Assembly (NCBI RefSeq): GCF_006345805.1 | Contig: NC_043023.1 | Coordinates: 18,538,001-18,602,000, forward strand | DNA from: Octopus sinensis | Lineage: Eukaryota | Length of the DNA stretch: 64,000 nt | Direction: 5' to 3' | In this document: positions 11,150 through 24,532 of the stretch, piece by piece | Layout of the letters: each line of letters opens with the position of its first letter | Numbering within the stretch: the first letter of the stretch is position 1 | Notes under the pieces: model-generated | Database searches by the model: none | The model's input: only the letters and a program-made list of their open reading frames with translations | What the model was told of the DNA's origin: nothing | Program-made: the position numbers and the translations under genes

Positions 11150-14100
11150 TCTAGCATACATTGCATTCAACGGTCAACACAGACATATAGGCAAAATAGT
11201 TGTTGGAGGTTCGTTTTCCATGCGTTCGCAGATGAGATTTGAGGCCAGCAAAAGACAGGCATGATATGTCACAGACTGTGCATACAAAAGGTCATTGTTA
11301 TTCACCTTTTCGATCGTTACATTCTTCCTTAGATCTCGTTTGAGCCTTATTTGCGTTATCCTCACCCCACTCCACACCTTTGTTCGCCATCCAACTCGAT
11401 CCGAAGCAAGGGTTTCTATATCTTCCGGAACCATTCCAAGTGACTTCATAGTAGTCCTTATACAGTCCTTAAACCTCTTTTTAGATTTACGCCAATAGCA
11501 TTCCCCCTCTGCAAACTCGCCATAAAACAGCTGTTTCGGCATGCGTTCATCTGCCGTTCGAACAATACGGCTACACCATCTCGATTGGTTCCTCAAAATC
11601 ATAGCTTTAATCGAGGTGATGCCTGCAGATGCAAGGACTTCTGTGTTTGGAATAAAATACCTCCTTTTAATTTTTAAAATGCGTTGAAGGCATTTTTGGT
11701 GGAATTGTTGTAACAGTTTAAAATGCCTTTCATAACAAGTCCAAGTTTCACAGAAATACAACAGGGATGGTAAGACAAATGATATTAAAGTCACAGCTTT
11801 GTATTCTTATTTATATTTCGCTGGTACCAAACGCGTTACACCAAGCCACCAAATGCTTTTGCTGCCCTTTGAATTCGCTGCTGTATTTCTGTATCAAGAT
11901 TTCCATCATTTTGAAGAGAGCCTCCAAGTTAAATGAACGAATCAACAGCCGCGAGTAACTTTCCCTTGACAAAAATTTTAGTGTGGTTACAAACAGCACC
12001 ACACACAGGGTGATGCATAACAACTGGTTTTTTTTTCAAGTCGATGGTCAAACCAAAATCAACACAAGCAGAGACAAATGCAGATACCAGAGACTGCAGA
12101 CCTGTTTGAGAATTACTGACAAGATCGCAATCTTCAGCGTACAAAAGTTCCCTAATGAATGAAGTAAAAACCTTCGTTTTCAATTTCAGTCTGGTCAGAT
12201 TATAAACATTCCCTGTTGTTCGATATTTTATGTAAATACCCTCCTCAGAGTTTTAAAAAGCGATATATATTGCAACAGCATTATATATTGCAAAGAGGGT
12301 GGGTGCATAAAGGTCATTACAGCAGTTTCCACAACAAAAAGATTTCGAGGGCCTACCACTATAAGTAACTTTAGCTTTTATATCTTGATGCAAAGCTCTG
12401 ACCATATTTACAAATTTTCAGGGCAACATTTTCTCTAAGAATTAGTCACAGAGCCTTTCGATTAACAGTTTCGAATGCGTTGCTCAAATCAACAAAGCAA
12501 TGGTATAGAGTAAAATTCTGTTTAATGCACTTTTCTAGTAATTGTCTGACAGTAAAGATACAATCATCTGTGCTCCTGGAGGAACGAATACCACTCTAAG
12601 ATTCAAACACTATATTTGGAACTATGAAGATATTTAAACGCTCTAACCAGAGACGAAAGCGAAATCCCACGATAATTACCACACAGATCCTTTGGCTCCG
12701 ATTTCTTCGAGGAGACTAAAATGGCATGAATCCAGTCTTGAGGTACTTTCTCAGTTCTCCGACAGTGGCAAATTAATATATTTAAGAGTTCAAACATTTT
12801 GTCCACCTTATATTTCAAGACTTCTGCACAGATTCCATCAGACCCTGGATACTTTTTCACAGTTAAATAAATGTCATTCAGAGTAGGTTCAAATGCCATC
12901 TCTTCTATAACTGGAAGGTGATCAATTTTTTTCTATCGTCCCCAGCTCAACGGCTGAGAGTCTATTCAAAAGTGAAGAAAAATATTCTACCCAAAGATTA
13001 TGAATAAAAGCACTGCCAGTCAGAAGAAAATGTCCATTTGCTGTTCTCACTGGAGCAATTGAAGACGATTTGAGGCCATATACCTCCTTCACATAAGACT
13101 ACAAACCCTTGGCATCATTTCTATCAGCTTTTGTGCCCTTTTTGCTCTATCATTTCATCATTACTGTTTAATTTTCCTTGGAGCAGTCTGCACTTTCCTT
13201 TTCAGTTTTCTGTAAACTTCGTTAGAGATGGCGTTCAAGGACTGAGAAAGAAGTGTATTGTGCCTACGTTTTGCTTTTCTAAAAGTAGATTATGAATTTC
13301 TGCTGATCTATCTGAGTACCAGTCACTGGATTTATGAGATTTAAATCCTATTGACGAACTTGCAGCCTGAAATACTTTTGTTTTGAAATCTTCCAATAGA
13401 TTGTTTGGGTCAAGATTGGTACTTTCTATAGCATCGTGGAATCTTTGCAAGTTGCTTGATAATTTAATGTTTACAACATTTAACTTTTTGGGTACGTTAG
13501 GACAAGACTGTCGATATTTTAGGCATTATCGAAAAATCTATTTTTCCACGCACTAGATAATGGTCAGTTCAGCTTTCTGCTCTACTCATGACCTGAATGA
13601 TAGAAACGTCTTCCATATCACGTTTCCTGATCAGAATATTATCTATGAGATGCCAGTGCTTAGATCTTGGGTACAACCAGGTGGTTTTATGTTTATTTTT
13701 CTGCTTAAACAGACTGTTGGTGACAACCGGATTATTCTCAGTACAAAACGTCAAAAGAGCTACTCCATTTTTATTGCATTTTCCAATCTCACATCGACCT
13801 AAAACAGGCTATGAAACATAGTCCTTTCCACCTCTTACATTGAAATCTCCCAATATGACCGGCTTGTCAGAAATTGGTACTTTCCTCAAAATTGTGCTAG
13901 ATCGTCAAAAATCTGTCCTACAGTTTCATCAGAATGGGACATTGTTGGCGTATAAATACTGACAACGGTAAGAAACCTACCATTTGTCAGTTTAGTATGG
14001 CATGACGTGGTTCGTTCAGATATACCACTTGGAAGCTCTGCAATGGAGGATACTAATGAATTCTTGAGAGCAAATCCAACACCAGATTCTCTACGTTGAC

Positions 14101-14700
14101 CCTTGTGTATGCCTCTCCAAAAGATAGTATATCCATAAGTAGGTTCATTTACTTGACCCTTACCAGAGAGACAAATTTCAAAGAGCGCAACTATATCATG
14201 AAAATATTTCTTGAGCTCACATGCAATAAGTGCAGTACACCTTTCTGGCCTCTTATTGAAATTATCATCGAGACGTGTGCGCACATTGCAGAAACCAAAA
14301 TTCAAAGGATGTCTATTTTGCTTTTCCTTGAAGATTGTTTGACCATAGTGACAGGAGGACGACCGGGTCCCGCCTGTGATACACTGGGACACCTGCCGAG
14401 CTAGACCTGTTCCACTGACGTTCCCAATCCTTTTTTGCCATTTACTGAATCTGTTTGTGACATCTTAGAGTAAGTTACAAGTGAATTTTTAGGTTTCTGC
14501 CAACCAACCAATTCAATGATTTTTGCCATGGAGTACAGGAAGTACCTGTGCAGATAAATAGTTTTCTGTGGGTGTAGCTTGCACTGCAATATTGGCCCAG
14601 AAGACTTTCGCCAGTGTGACATAAAAATTGACAAAACCAGGAACATCCAAGATCTCAGGTTTTATTTCGGAAATTTCCTTCTCCTAGGTAGATTACCAAC
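11150..14700 (-). mobile_element. Decayed near-full-length RTE-clade LINE (APE + RT)
   Basis: Fragments in order: LNFGFCNVRTRLD..RPERCTALIACEL (APE); FCTENNPVVTNSLFKQKNKHKTTWLYPRSKHWHLID; PGSDGICAEVLK..NYRGISL; RELLYAEDCDLV (YADD); LPSLLYFCETWT..RMPKQLFYGE. Many frameshifts. Confidence 0.92.
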
Positions 14701-14916
14701 CAAGATTAAATAGCTTCTATAAGCCCTTGACGTAAGCTATCCCATTCCAGACACCAAAGCAACACTCAGACATTCTATAATGTGATCAAATATCACTCTG
14801 GTGATCGACGTGGAGTAGCACATTCATAAAAAAGGAAGGTACGATATGTGATTTGAAAATGTAAATAAGTATTATATATAAATATAAAAATGTAAAAGAT
14901 ATGCGATAAATATAAA

Positions 14917-15303
14917 TCTCTCTCTATATATAAACGGCAGTTTGTCTGTGTGTGTTTCTGTGTGTCTGTTTGGTTGTACCCTCACCCTGACCACGGCTTT
15001 CAACCGATTCTGATGAAACTTGACACACACATAGCCCAATGTCATAATTCAAAACTAACGCAGCGAAAATTTTGAAAAGTTCCCCCAGTTCTGAAAAAGA
15101 TCGATAAATTCGACATGGGGTCGACAATCAGAAACACAAACCACAGATGGTCTAGGGAACGCAACTCGACCTTTTTAACTATCAAAAAAAATTTACCATC
15201 ATTATTTTTCCAATTTCTTTGCTATTTTTTTGCTATAACTCTCTAAAAATGCTTTATAGTTATTTCCTTTACAAACCCGAGCAACGCCGGGCGATACTGC
15301 TAG
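14917..15303 (+). mobile_element. Non-autonomous Helitron-like element
   Basis: 5' TC(TC)nTATATATAAA after an A; 3' hairpin CCCGAGCAACGCCGGG then CTAG before a T (A|T insertion, no TSD). Confidence 0.75.
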
Positions 15304-15947
15304 TGTATATATAAAAGTATACATATATATACACATATAGAGAAATAAAAAGGTATGATGTGTGAATAAACAATTATAAGATATACAATATATACATAAA
15401 GTAAAAATATACATATATATATAAATATACATATATATATATATAAATATACATATATATAAAATATACATATATATATATACATATAAAAGTTATATGC
15501 ACATTAACAGATATTTTGTTGGATGGCCGTTGACTGTTCAGGAGTTCGTTATACATACATACATACATACATACATACATTTATATACATCATACATGCA
15601 TACATGCATACATACATACAGGCATATAGGCATGCATACATATACATACATAAATATATATACACACATATATATATATATGTATGTACGTAATGTATGT
15701 ATGTATGTACGTATGTATGTATGTATGTATGTATGTATGCATGTTTGTTTGTTTGTATGCATGCACAAAATGCTTCACTTGAGGTATCATATTCACATAT
15801 ATGCAACACGCACTCGTAGTCCATCACGCAAGTTCACAAACAATACGTGCTGCAACTGGGCGTGTGTGAAATTATACGAAATGGCAATTTGAAAGAGCGG
15901 AAATGGAAGATGCGATGAATATATCAAGAAGACTTGGTCTAACTTAC

Positions 15948-16019
15948 AAAGTTGTTAAATTAGGAAGATTTTGGAAGGTTCCTGGTTTGATTTCGTTTAT
16001 ATGATTGAAAGTCAGGTTC
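15948..16019 (-). CDS. LRR exon E2 (72 bp, phase 2/2)
   Basis: tatgttacag|...|gtaagt; encodes (L)NLTFNHINEIKPGTFQNLPNLTT(L), a canonical 24-aa LxLxxNxIxxIxxxxFxxLxxLxxL repeat. Confidence 0.9.
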
Positions 16020-16559
16020 CTGTAACATAATTTCAGTTGATTAGAAATTGTGTAGAACAAGATCAGTGATAAAATGTCACGCATTGTGGATAAAGAACTG
16101 GATGATGGAGAAACGGTAACTAGATTATAATGACGTTGAAGATCATGATGATGGACATGATGGTGGCGTTGTTAGTGGTAAATATTATATGAAGAGGAGG
16201 AGGGGAGGGGGAAGAGGGGAGGAAAAGGAAGAATGTGGTGATGGTGTTGATGACGATGATGTTATGATGCTAATGATGGGATTAATTACCTTGGTTGTAA
16301 TTATTTCTGAGAGTGTTGTCGATTATGGTTCATGATACTGATGATGATGATGGTGATGGTGATAGTGTTATGATGATGAAGCAAACGATGATGTACTATA
16401 CGATATTGATGATTAAAATACAGACGGCAAAGACCCTGGGGTTAGGTTGAGGGTTAGGTCATGGCGTCGATGGTGGTGATATAAATAGTACAAGTATTCG
16501 ATGAGCAGAAAAGAAAAAAAATAGTTGAAAGAGTAAGAAGGAGAAAAAGGAAAAGAAGT

Positions 16560-16873
16560 TGAAGAAGAATGAAGAGAAAAGAAGGAACAGAAGAAGAAGA
16601 AGAAGAAGAAGAAGGAGGAGGAGAAGGAGGAGGAGGAGGAGAAGAAGAAGAAGAAAAAGAAGAAGAAAATAAGAAGAAAAAGAAGAAGAAGAAGAAGAAG
16701 AAGAAGAACGAGGAGGAGGAGGAGGAGAATAAGGAGAAGGAGAAAAGGAGAAGAAGAAGAAGGAGAAGAAGAAGAAGAAGAAAAAGAAGAAGAAGAAGAG
16801 AAGAACAAGAACAAGAAGTAGAAGAAGAAGAAGAAGAGGGAGAATGAATGAATGAATGAATGAATGAATGAAT
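16560..16873 (+). repeat. (GAA/GGA)n purine tract followed by (GAAT)n
   Basis: Direct reading. Confidence 0.95.
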
Positions 16874-17420
16874 CACCCTCTTAGAATAGATTTTTCGTAG
16901 AAAACGATGGAAAAATAGACATTTTAGCAGGAATTTAAAACCTGATGAATGAAGTTTTAATTACAGAAATAGAAGCAAGATTCAAGTATAGTAATCAGTG
17001 TTAATCTAAAGATAAAAACAGTACATGACATACAGACAGAATTACAAACACATGTTAATACTGTTGCATACACGAATCTATACACAATATGTGTGTGTGT
17101 GGAAATAGACACACACTTATATAGATCTCTATATATGTATACACATGTACACATTTCCGTGTGTTGGCTCGCATGGAGGGCGGGCAGAAGTATGTAGAAT
17201 TGGTGTGTGCACAGATGTTTGTGTTCATTATGAATACAATTACTGCAGTGACCTTCTTTGACAAATTGCAGCCCTTCTGTCTCTGGCCATCTTCGACTCC
17301 CTGCAGTTCCATATTTTTTCGAATTTCCGCCTTTTTGGCGAAAAGTCGCGTTAGGATTTTAAAATCTTTAATTAGCACAGAATTTGAGTCAAATAGTTTT
17401 CATCCATATATATATATATA

Positions 17421-17567
<147 letters not shown>

Positions 17568-17570
17568 TAT

Positions 17571-18118
17571 ATATTATTGGTGAATTGAAGAAATGGAGCT
17601 GAACGAAGATTGAACAGAAATCGTTTTATTTCATTCTACACGTGTTTCGAAAGGCACAATTTACCAAAATCCGATTGAATAATGAGACCATATTGTGTCT
17701 TTATCTTCAGGAAGAAATAGGAAATCCGTTGGAAAAAACAAAAACAGAACAGAGGCGGAGCAAAACAAATCGAACTAGGCTCCTAAGAGCCCATGGCAAA
17801 ACTGTTTATCAGTGTATGTTGAGAACCGGGGGTTGAAGATTTTAACGGGTCAGGCAGCGGTCATTCCTGTGGGTGCACAGGAATGACCGCTGCCATGGGC
17901 TCTTAGGAGCCTAGTTCGATTTGTTTTGCTCCGCTTCTGTTCTGTTTTTGTTTTTTCCAACGGATTTCCTATTTCTTCCTGAAGAGAAAGACACAATATG
18001 GTCTCATTATTCAATCGGATTTTGGTAAATTGTGCCTTTCGAAACACGTGTAGAATGAAATAAAACGATTTCTGTTCAATCTTCGTTTAGCTCCATTTCT
18101 TCAATTCACCAATAATAT
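17571..18118. mobile_element. Foldback/MITE with ~228-bp arms and an internal 19-bp perfect hairpin
   Basis: 17571-17798 is the reverse complement of 17891-18118; GGCAGCGGTCATTCCTGTG-ggtg-CACAGGAATGACCGCTGCC at 17853-17894. Confidence 0.85.
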
Positions 18119-18267
18119 TAAAATTCAATTATCCGCACCAACGCACGGTTGCAACACCATATGTTCGTACCTCCAACCGTGCTGTCTTCTGCTGTGATTT
18201 TTGCTACCAAGGTATCGGCTAAACTTTTGATTAATCTGCTACAAGATTATTCATCTTTCTATTTCAC

Positions 18268-18335
<68 letters not shown>

Positions 18336-18943
18336 ATGTTTCCCAGCTCTGATCGCCCAAATCTGATTAGCAAATGACCGACAATTCGCGTTCCATCACT
18401 AGTATAAATTGTCCACCCCACAGTAAAATCGTACAAAATCAGTCACGTCATCCATAAAGATTACTTCTCATTAGAATGGATTATAGATCCATGCTTGCTT
18501 TTCTTTTTATAGAACTAGAGAACAATATTTCGATTTCGAGCAGTACCATTTAAAATTACATTTATCAGAATAGTTCTTCCATTTTATACCCTCCGTCATA
18601 ATAAAAATATATACAGCTGGTTTTGCTAAGACCAACAGTTTTCATATTTTCCATTCCTGGAATATTGCCATAAAGAATTTTGATGTGATAATTAACATCA
18701 TCAAAGTTCAGATATTGGTCTCACCCTATCTTTCTGTGCAATACTGTAAAATATAGATTCCATATAAGTTAATATGTACATGGAAAAAGTCTACTTGACT
18801 TCGCGGTGGGTAACGTATTTACTACAACATAACATCATGTTTTAAACCTGAAATCAACACCTCAAGGTATTAGTTAAGAATATAATCGACAAGAAATTAA
18901 AGCATTGAATGTGGAAAATATACAGAAATGGTCCAAAACTTAC

Positions 18944-19122
18944 AGAGTTTGAGTATTCGGTGGAATGGGTCGAGGGACCGAAGTCAGGTTGCGAGATGAA
19001 CAATCTATAGATGTAAAACTCCGACAAGTGCATTTAATGCAAATGTCCAATGCAGCACGAGATTCCAGAAATAATCTCAAAAAGAGTACCAACACAAAGG
19101 TCGATTTAAGTTGATGAAACAT
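18944..19122 (-). CDS. First coding exon of an extracellular LRR protein: signal peptide + LRRNT cap
   Basis: Translates MFHQLKSTFVLVLFLRLFLESRA-ALDICIKCTCRSFTSIDCSSRNLTSVPRPIPPNTQT(L): hydrophobic leader, then the C-x2-C-x-C...V/IDCSxRNLTSVPxxIP LRRNT pattern. Polypyrimidine acceptor (ttttcttctttaacag) at 19141-19142, 18 nt before the ATG. Phase-2 donor CT|GTAAGT at 18943. Confidence 0.9.
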
Positions 19123-19374
19123 TTTCAGACGTAGATTAATCTGTTAAAGAAGAAAATACAAAATATCAGAAACTTCAGTGTTATTTTTTTTTGTGGCTTC
19201 TTCGAAGGACAAAGATTGCCTCCTCTTCCATGAGATGAATTTAGCTTTGATTTCTCTTATTTTCAGTTTGATATTGAAACATTCAAAACTTAATTCAATG
19301 ATAATTCAATGTGGAGAACATAATTATAAATTATAGCTTTAATGAGTGGTAATGTCGAATAAAAACTGAACATA

Positions 19375-19776
19375 GGCGCAGGAGTGGCTGTGTGGTAAGT
19401 AGCTTGCTTACCAACCACATGGTTCCGGGTTCAGTCCCACTGCGTGGCATCTTGGGCAAGTGTCTTCTGCTATAGCCCAGGGCCGACCAATGCTTTGTGA
19501 GTGGATTTGGTAGACCGAAACTGAAAGAAGCCTGTCGTATATATGTATGTATATATATATGTGTGTGTTTGTGTGTCTGTGTTTGTCCCCCGAGCATTGC
19601 TTGACAACCGATGCTGGTGTGTTTACGTCCCCGTCACTGAGCGGTTCGGCAAAAGAGACCGATAGAATAAGTGCTAGGCTTACAAAGAATAAGTCCTGTG
19701 GTCGATTTGGTCGACTAAAGGCGGTGCTCCAGCATGGCCGCAGTCAAATGACTGAAACAAGTAAAAGAGTAAAGAG
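19375..19776 (+). mobile_element. tRNA-derived SINE family A (other copies 26292-26706 -, 27251-27692 -, 60737-61010 - partial, 20679-20742 + head only)
   Basis: Head GGCGCAGGAGTGGCTGTGTGGTAAG...GGTTCCGGGTTCAGTCCC, internal (TA)/(GT) tract and shared 3' body in all copies. Confidence 0.85.
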
Positions 19777-19861
19777 AGTATCAATCGCCCTTGCACACAC
19801 ATACACAAATAGAAACATACACACAAACACACATAAACACACACACACACACTTATATATA

Positions 19862-19901
<40 letters not shown>

Positions 19902-20744
19902 GTTCTTGCTATTTTTGCTGTTTTTGCTTTCCATCAACATTTCGTCTCCCTTCCGAATCCCTTGGGATATTTTATGAAGTTACTCTCCAACCCCTCACGA
20001 AGTTACTGTCAAACAACATCACACTCATCTTTCTGCCCTCAATTAAAGAAACTGAAGCCACAACCACAACAGCCCCATGAATGGCTGAGGGCTCCTACAC
20101 AGGAGCATCGGCAGCGGAAATGTTTACTCCTTGCTCTCACTGAAGCTCAAGCTCTTCCCAAACGTCCTGCTCTCCAAACCAACAACAACAACAACAACAA
20201 CCTAAATAGTTCTTTCTACAAGACTTGCCTGTCCCCCACCGATGCCTTGAAAGTGATTTGGAGGGGAAAATATCAGGTCAAAAGGTGCCAAATAATCTCC
20301 AAAAAGAGAAAGCGAAAACGGAGTGGGGTACAGAGAGTAACTTCGAATATACAACACTTCAACAGAACACTTCTCAATAGCTCCAACAACAACAACTGCA
20401 ACATCAATAACGGTAACAGCATTATCAATATCAGTAAGAACCATGTAAACTCTGCAAAAACCAAAACTGAAATTATTAAAACAACAATTTAAACTGTATA
20501 CTAAACGTATCCATCAACTTTCCTATTGTGAACTAAAACAAGGAGTTGATAGACTCCTTAATTGAAGATACAAATAAAACCGAGGCGGAGTAGGGAGAAT
20601 TTCATCGTCAAATCCGCAAGGGACAAACTGTTAATTAAAACCTTTCCGAATTTTACAAAATAATACCAGAAAAATTCTTAGGCGTAGGAGTTGGCTGTGT
20701 GGTAAGTAGCTTGCTTACCAACCACATGGTTCCGGGTTCAGTCT

Positions 20745-21898
20745 CAGACGAAATAACTATTTCTTTACTACCCACAAGGGGCTAAACACAGAGAGAACAA
20801 ACAAGGACAGACAAAGGTATTCAGTCGATTACATCGACCCCAGTGCGTAACTGGTACTTATTTAATCGACCCCGAAGGATGAAAGGCAAATTCGACCTCG
20901 TCGGAATTTGAACTCAGAACGTAGTGGCAGACGAATAACTATTTCTTTACTACCCACAAGGGGCTAAACACAGAGAGAACAAACAAGAACAGACAAAGGA
21001 TTAAGTTGACTACATCGACCCCAGTGCGTAACTTGTACTTATTTAATAGACCCCGAAATGATGAAAGGCAAAGTCGACCTCGTCGGAATTTGAACTCAGA
21101 ACGTAGTGACAAACGAAATAACTACTTCTTTACTACCCACAAGGGACTAAACACAGAGAGAACAAACAAGAACAGACAAAGGGATAAAGTTGATTACATC
21201 GACCCCAGTGCGTAACTGGTACTTATTTAATCGACCCCGAAAGGATGAAAAGCAAAGTCGACCTCAGCGGAATTTGAACTCAGAACGTAGTGGCAGACGA
21301 AATAACTATTTCTTTACTACCCACAAGGGGCTAAACACAGAGAGGAAAAACAAGGACTACAAAGGGATAAAGTTGATTACATCGACCCCAGTGCGTAACT
21401 GGTACTTATTTAATCGACCCCGAAAGGATGAAAAGCAAAGTCGACCTCAGCGGAATTTGAACTCAGAACGTAGTGGCAGACGAAATAACTATTTCTTTAC
21501 TACCCACAAGGGGCTAATTATAGAGGAGACAAACAAGGACAGACAAAGGGATTAAGTTTATTACATCGACCCTAGTGCGTAACTGGTACTTATTTAATCG
21601 ACCCCGAAAGGATGAAAGGCAAAGTCGACCTGGGCGGAATTTGAACTCAGAACGTAACGTCAAACGAAATACCTATTTCTTTACTACCCACAAGGGGCTA
21701 AACACAGAGAGAACAAACTAGAACAGACAAAGGGATTAAGTCGATTATATCGACCCCAGTGCGTAACTGGTACTTACTTAATCGACCCCGAAAGGATGAA
21801 AGGCAAAGTCGACCTCGGCGGAATTCGATCTCGGAACGTAACGGCAGACGAAATACCGCAAAGCATTTCGCCCGGCGTGCTAACGTTTCTGCCACCTT
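20745..21898 (-). repeat. Tandem array (~183-bp period, 6 units) built from a tRNA-derived SINE body
   Basis: Marker ttctttactacccacaag at 20761, 20943, 21126, 21310, 21493, 21677. A single SINE head (GGTGGCAGAAACGTTAGCACGCCGGGCG) lies at 21860-21898. Diverged single copies occur at 25165-25370 and 29040-29235. Confidence 0.85.
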
Positions 21899-22156
21899 AT
21901 ATGTTCGTGTTCTTCTCATTCATGTTATTAATGTTTTCTCAATCGTGGCGGCTGCTGCTGATGTGAACGTTGCGGTTGTTTTCTTTGTTAATGTTTTTGT
22001 TTTTTAATCGCCGTGGCTGCTGCTGTTGTGGAAGCTCTCACTGGTCTTTCCGGTTGCTGCTGCTGCTGCTGCTGCTGCGTTGAGCGCCATTGTTTATATG
22101 TTGCGTTATTGCTGCTGCTGATTACACTGTTATTGTTCCTGTTGTTTCGTTACCAC

Positions 22157-22190
<34 letters not shown>

Positions 22191-22209
22191 GCTGTTTGTT
22201 TGTTTGTTT

Positions 22210-22555
22210 GTGGAACGAAGCGGTCTTCGTCCCAGAGTGAGAGAAATCCGAAGCGTGGTCCTTTGCTATTCGTAAGACCCGCAGAAGAGAGAGCAGGTCA
22301 ACCCCCGACACCGAGAGCATCGACGGATGGATGAATGCGCATCCAGGCTCAGCGGTTGAGTAGGAAGTCGGGGACAAAAAAAACAAAAAGAAAGAGTGAG
22401 AGAAAATTGGGGCGAAAGAGTACAACAGGGGTCGCCACCACCCCCTGTCGGAGGTCTTTACGCTCAATAAACACACACAACGCCCGGTCTGGGAATCGAA
22501 ACCACGACACTCCGACCACGAGTCCACTGCCCTAACCACTGGGCCATTGCGCCTC
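22210..22555 (-). mobile_element. tRNA-derived SINE family B (other copies 22821-23203, 23388-23697)
   Basis: Head GAGGCGCAATGGCCCAGTGGTTAGGGCAG...GGTTTCGATTCCC with A and B boxes; three related copies. Confidence 0.85.
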
Positions 22556-24218
22556 CTCTGCTGCAACTGTTGTTGTTGTTGTTGTTTAACCACATGTCAA
22601 CCTTGATTCAGCAGAGCCATGATCAAAAGCGCTCCACCTATGACCATCCCATCAGATATTCATAATAGTGTATCCGGACTACATTAATGCATATTATAGT
22701 AGTTAGTTTTAGTGGCTATAGTTGTTGCTGTTTAGACCTAGGCCAATCCTAATCTAGCAGACATATGATCAAATATGTTCCAGCTGTGACCATTCCATTT
22801 TATTCAGAGATGGAATGGAATGGAAGCACTCCGTCGGTTACGACGATGAGGGTTCCGGTTGATCCGATCAACGGAACAGCCTGCTCGTGAAATTAACGTG
22901 TAAGTGGCTGAGCACTCCACAGACACGTGTACCCTTAACGTAGTTCTCGGGGATATTCAGCGTGACACAGAGAGTGACAAGGCCGGCCCTTTGAAATACA
23001 GGTACAACAGAAACAGGAAGTAAGAGTGAGAGAAAGTTGTGGTGAAAGAGTACAGCAGGGATCACCACCATCCCTGCCGGAGCCTCGTGGAGCTTTAGGT
23101 GTTTTCGCTCAATAAACACTCACAACGCCCGGTCTGGGAATCGAAACCGCGATCCTACGACCGCGAGTCCGCTGCCCTAACCACTGGGCCATTGCGCCTC
23201 CACATTCAGAGATAGTGTATATGTGACTATGTATATGTTGTTTAGCCCCAGGTCAATCGTGGTCCAGCAGACATATGATCAAAGATGCTGTAACCATCCC
23301 ATCTTTTATTCAGACATAGTGTATCAATGACTTCATTATCTAATGTATAATAGGTAGGCTAGAAATAACAGCCAGATCTCCTGGCTGTGACTGCCGGAGC
23401 CTCGAGGAGCTTTAGGTGTTTTCGCTCAATAAAGCAGGTCAATCACCGACACCATCGAGGGATGGATGAATGCGCATCCAGGCTCAGCGGTTGCGTAGGA
23501 AGTCGGGGACAAGAAACAGGAAGAAAGACTGAGAGAAAGTTGGGCGAAAGAGTACAACAGGGGTCGTCACCACCCCCTGCCGGAGCCTCATGAAGCTCTA
23601 GGTGTTTTCGCTCAATAAACACATACAACGCCCGGTCCGGGAATCGAAACCGCGATCCTCCGACCACGAGTCCGCTGCCCTAACCACTGGGCCATTGTTG
23701 TTGCAGTTGTCACATTTCCTACTAATATTATTGTTGTCATTGTTGCTGTAGTCATCGTCATCGTCGCTGTTATTATTTATTGTTCTTCCCATTGTATTGT
23801 TCGTAATTTCTTAGCCGGTTTAAACGGGAGTGGTATCCGCCTCGGATGGCTCGCCACTATGGCTGATCGTCTAAGTCCGGTGTAAGTGGTGACGCGGATA
23901 CATTTTATCTTAAATCTGTTCGACTCTATTTAAAAATGCGCTGATCATATTTTTGGGAAAGGAATTAATGGATGAAATATATCGGGAAAATTCTCGGAAC
24001 AAACCAATGCCATTTCCGTCATTAGAATTGGGAGAATCATCTACGTATTTCGTACTAGATAGTTATATATAGGGAACGAAAATAGAGCCCCTGAAATGAC
24101 AAACTTCCTCAAATATAAAAGAAGAATCTCTTACAGGAGGACCTCAGAACGTAACAAAGGGCGAAATAACTCTAAGCATTTCGTCCAGCTCACCGCCTTA
24201 ACAATAATAATAATAATA

Positions 24219-24532
24219 AAAAAATTTCAAAATACAAAGACCTAGAAATAGAGGTAACCAGAATGTGGAATCTGAAAACAAAAACAATTCCTATCATAGT
24301 AGGTGCATTAGGCATGATAAAAAATATTCAGACAAATACATAACAAAAATACCAGGACTTTCAAACACATATAACATACAGAAAATCGCACTACTGGGCA
24401 CTGCACACATCCTACGCAGAACACTTTCAATACAGTAACCATCAGAGCATCAAAACAAATCACTGCACATACCCAGGGCACACAAAGCTGTGATAGGTAG
24501 AGAAGTGAAAGCACGTGATAAAAATAAAATTA

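Noticed and set aside
16960-17015. Minus-strand acceptor/donor pair
   Set aside because: About 41 nt, frame-breaking and non-LRR translation.
17055-17378. 107-aa minus-strand ORF
   Set aside because: No family recognised; probably part of an unclassified repeat.
18171-18235. Minus-strand AG...GT segment of 65 nt between the ATG exon and E2
   Set aside because: Not a multiple of 3 and no LRR pattern; would break the frame.
19791-20492. 233-aa plus-strand ORF
   Set aside because: Starts in a (CA)/(GT) microsatellite, is low complexity (poly-N), and has no recognisable domain or splice framework.
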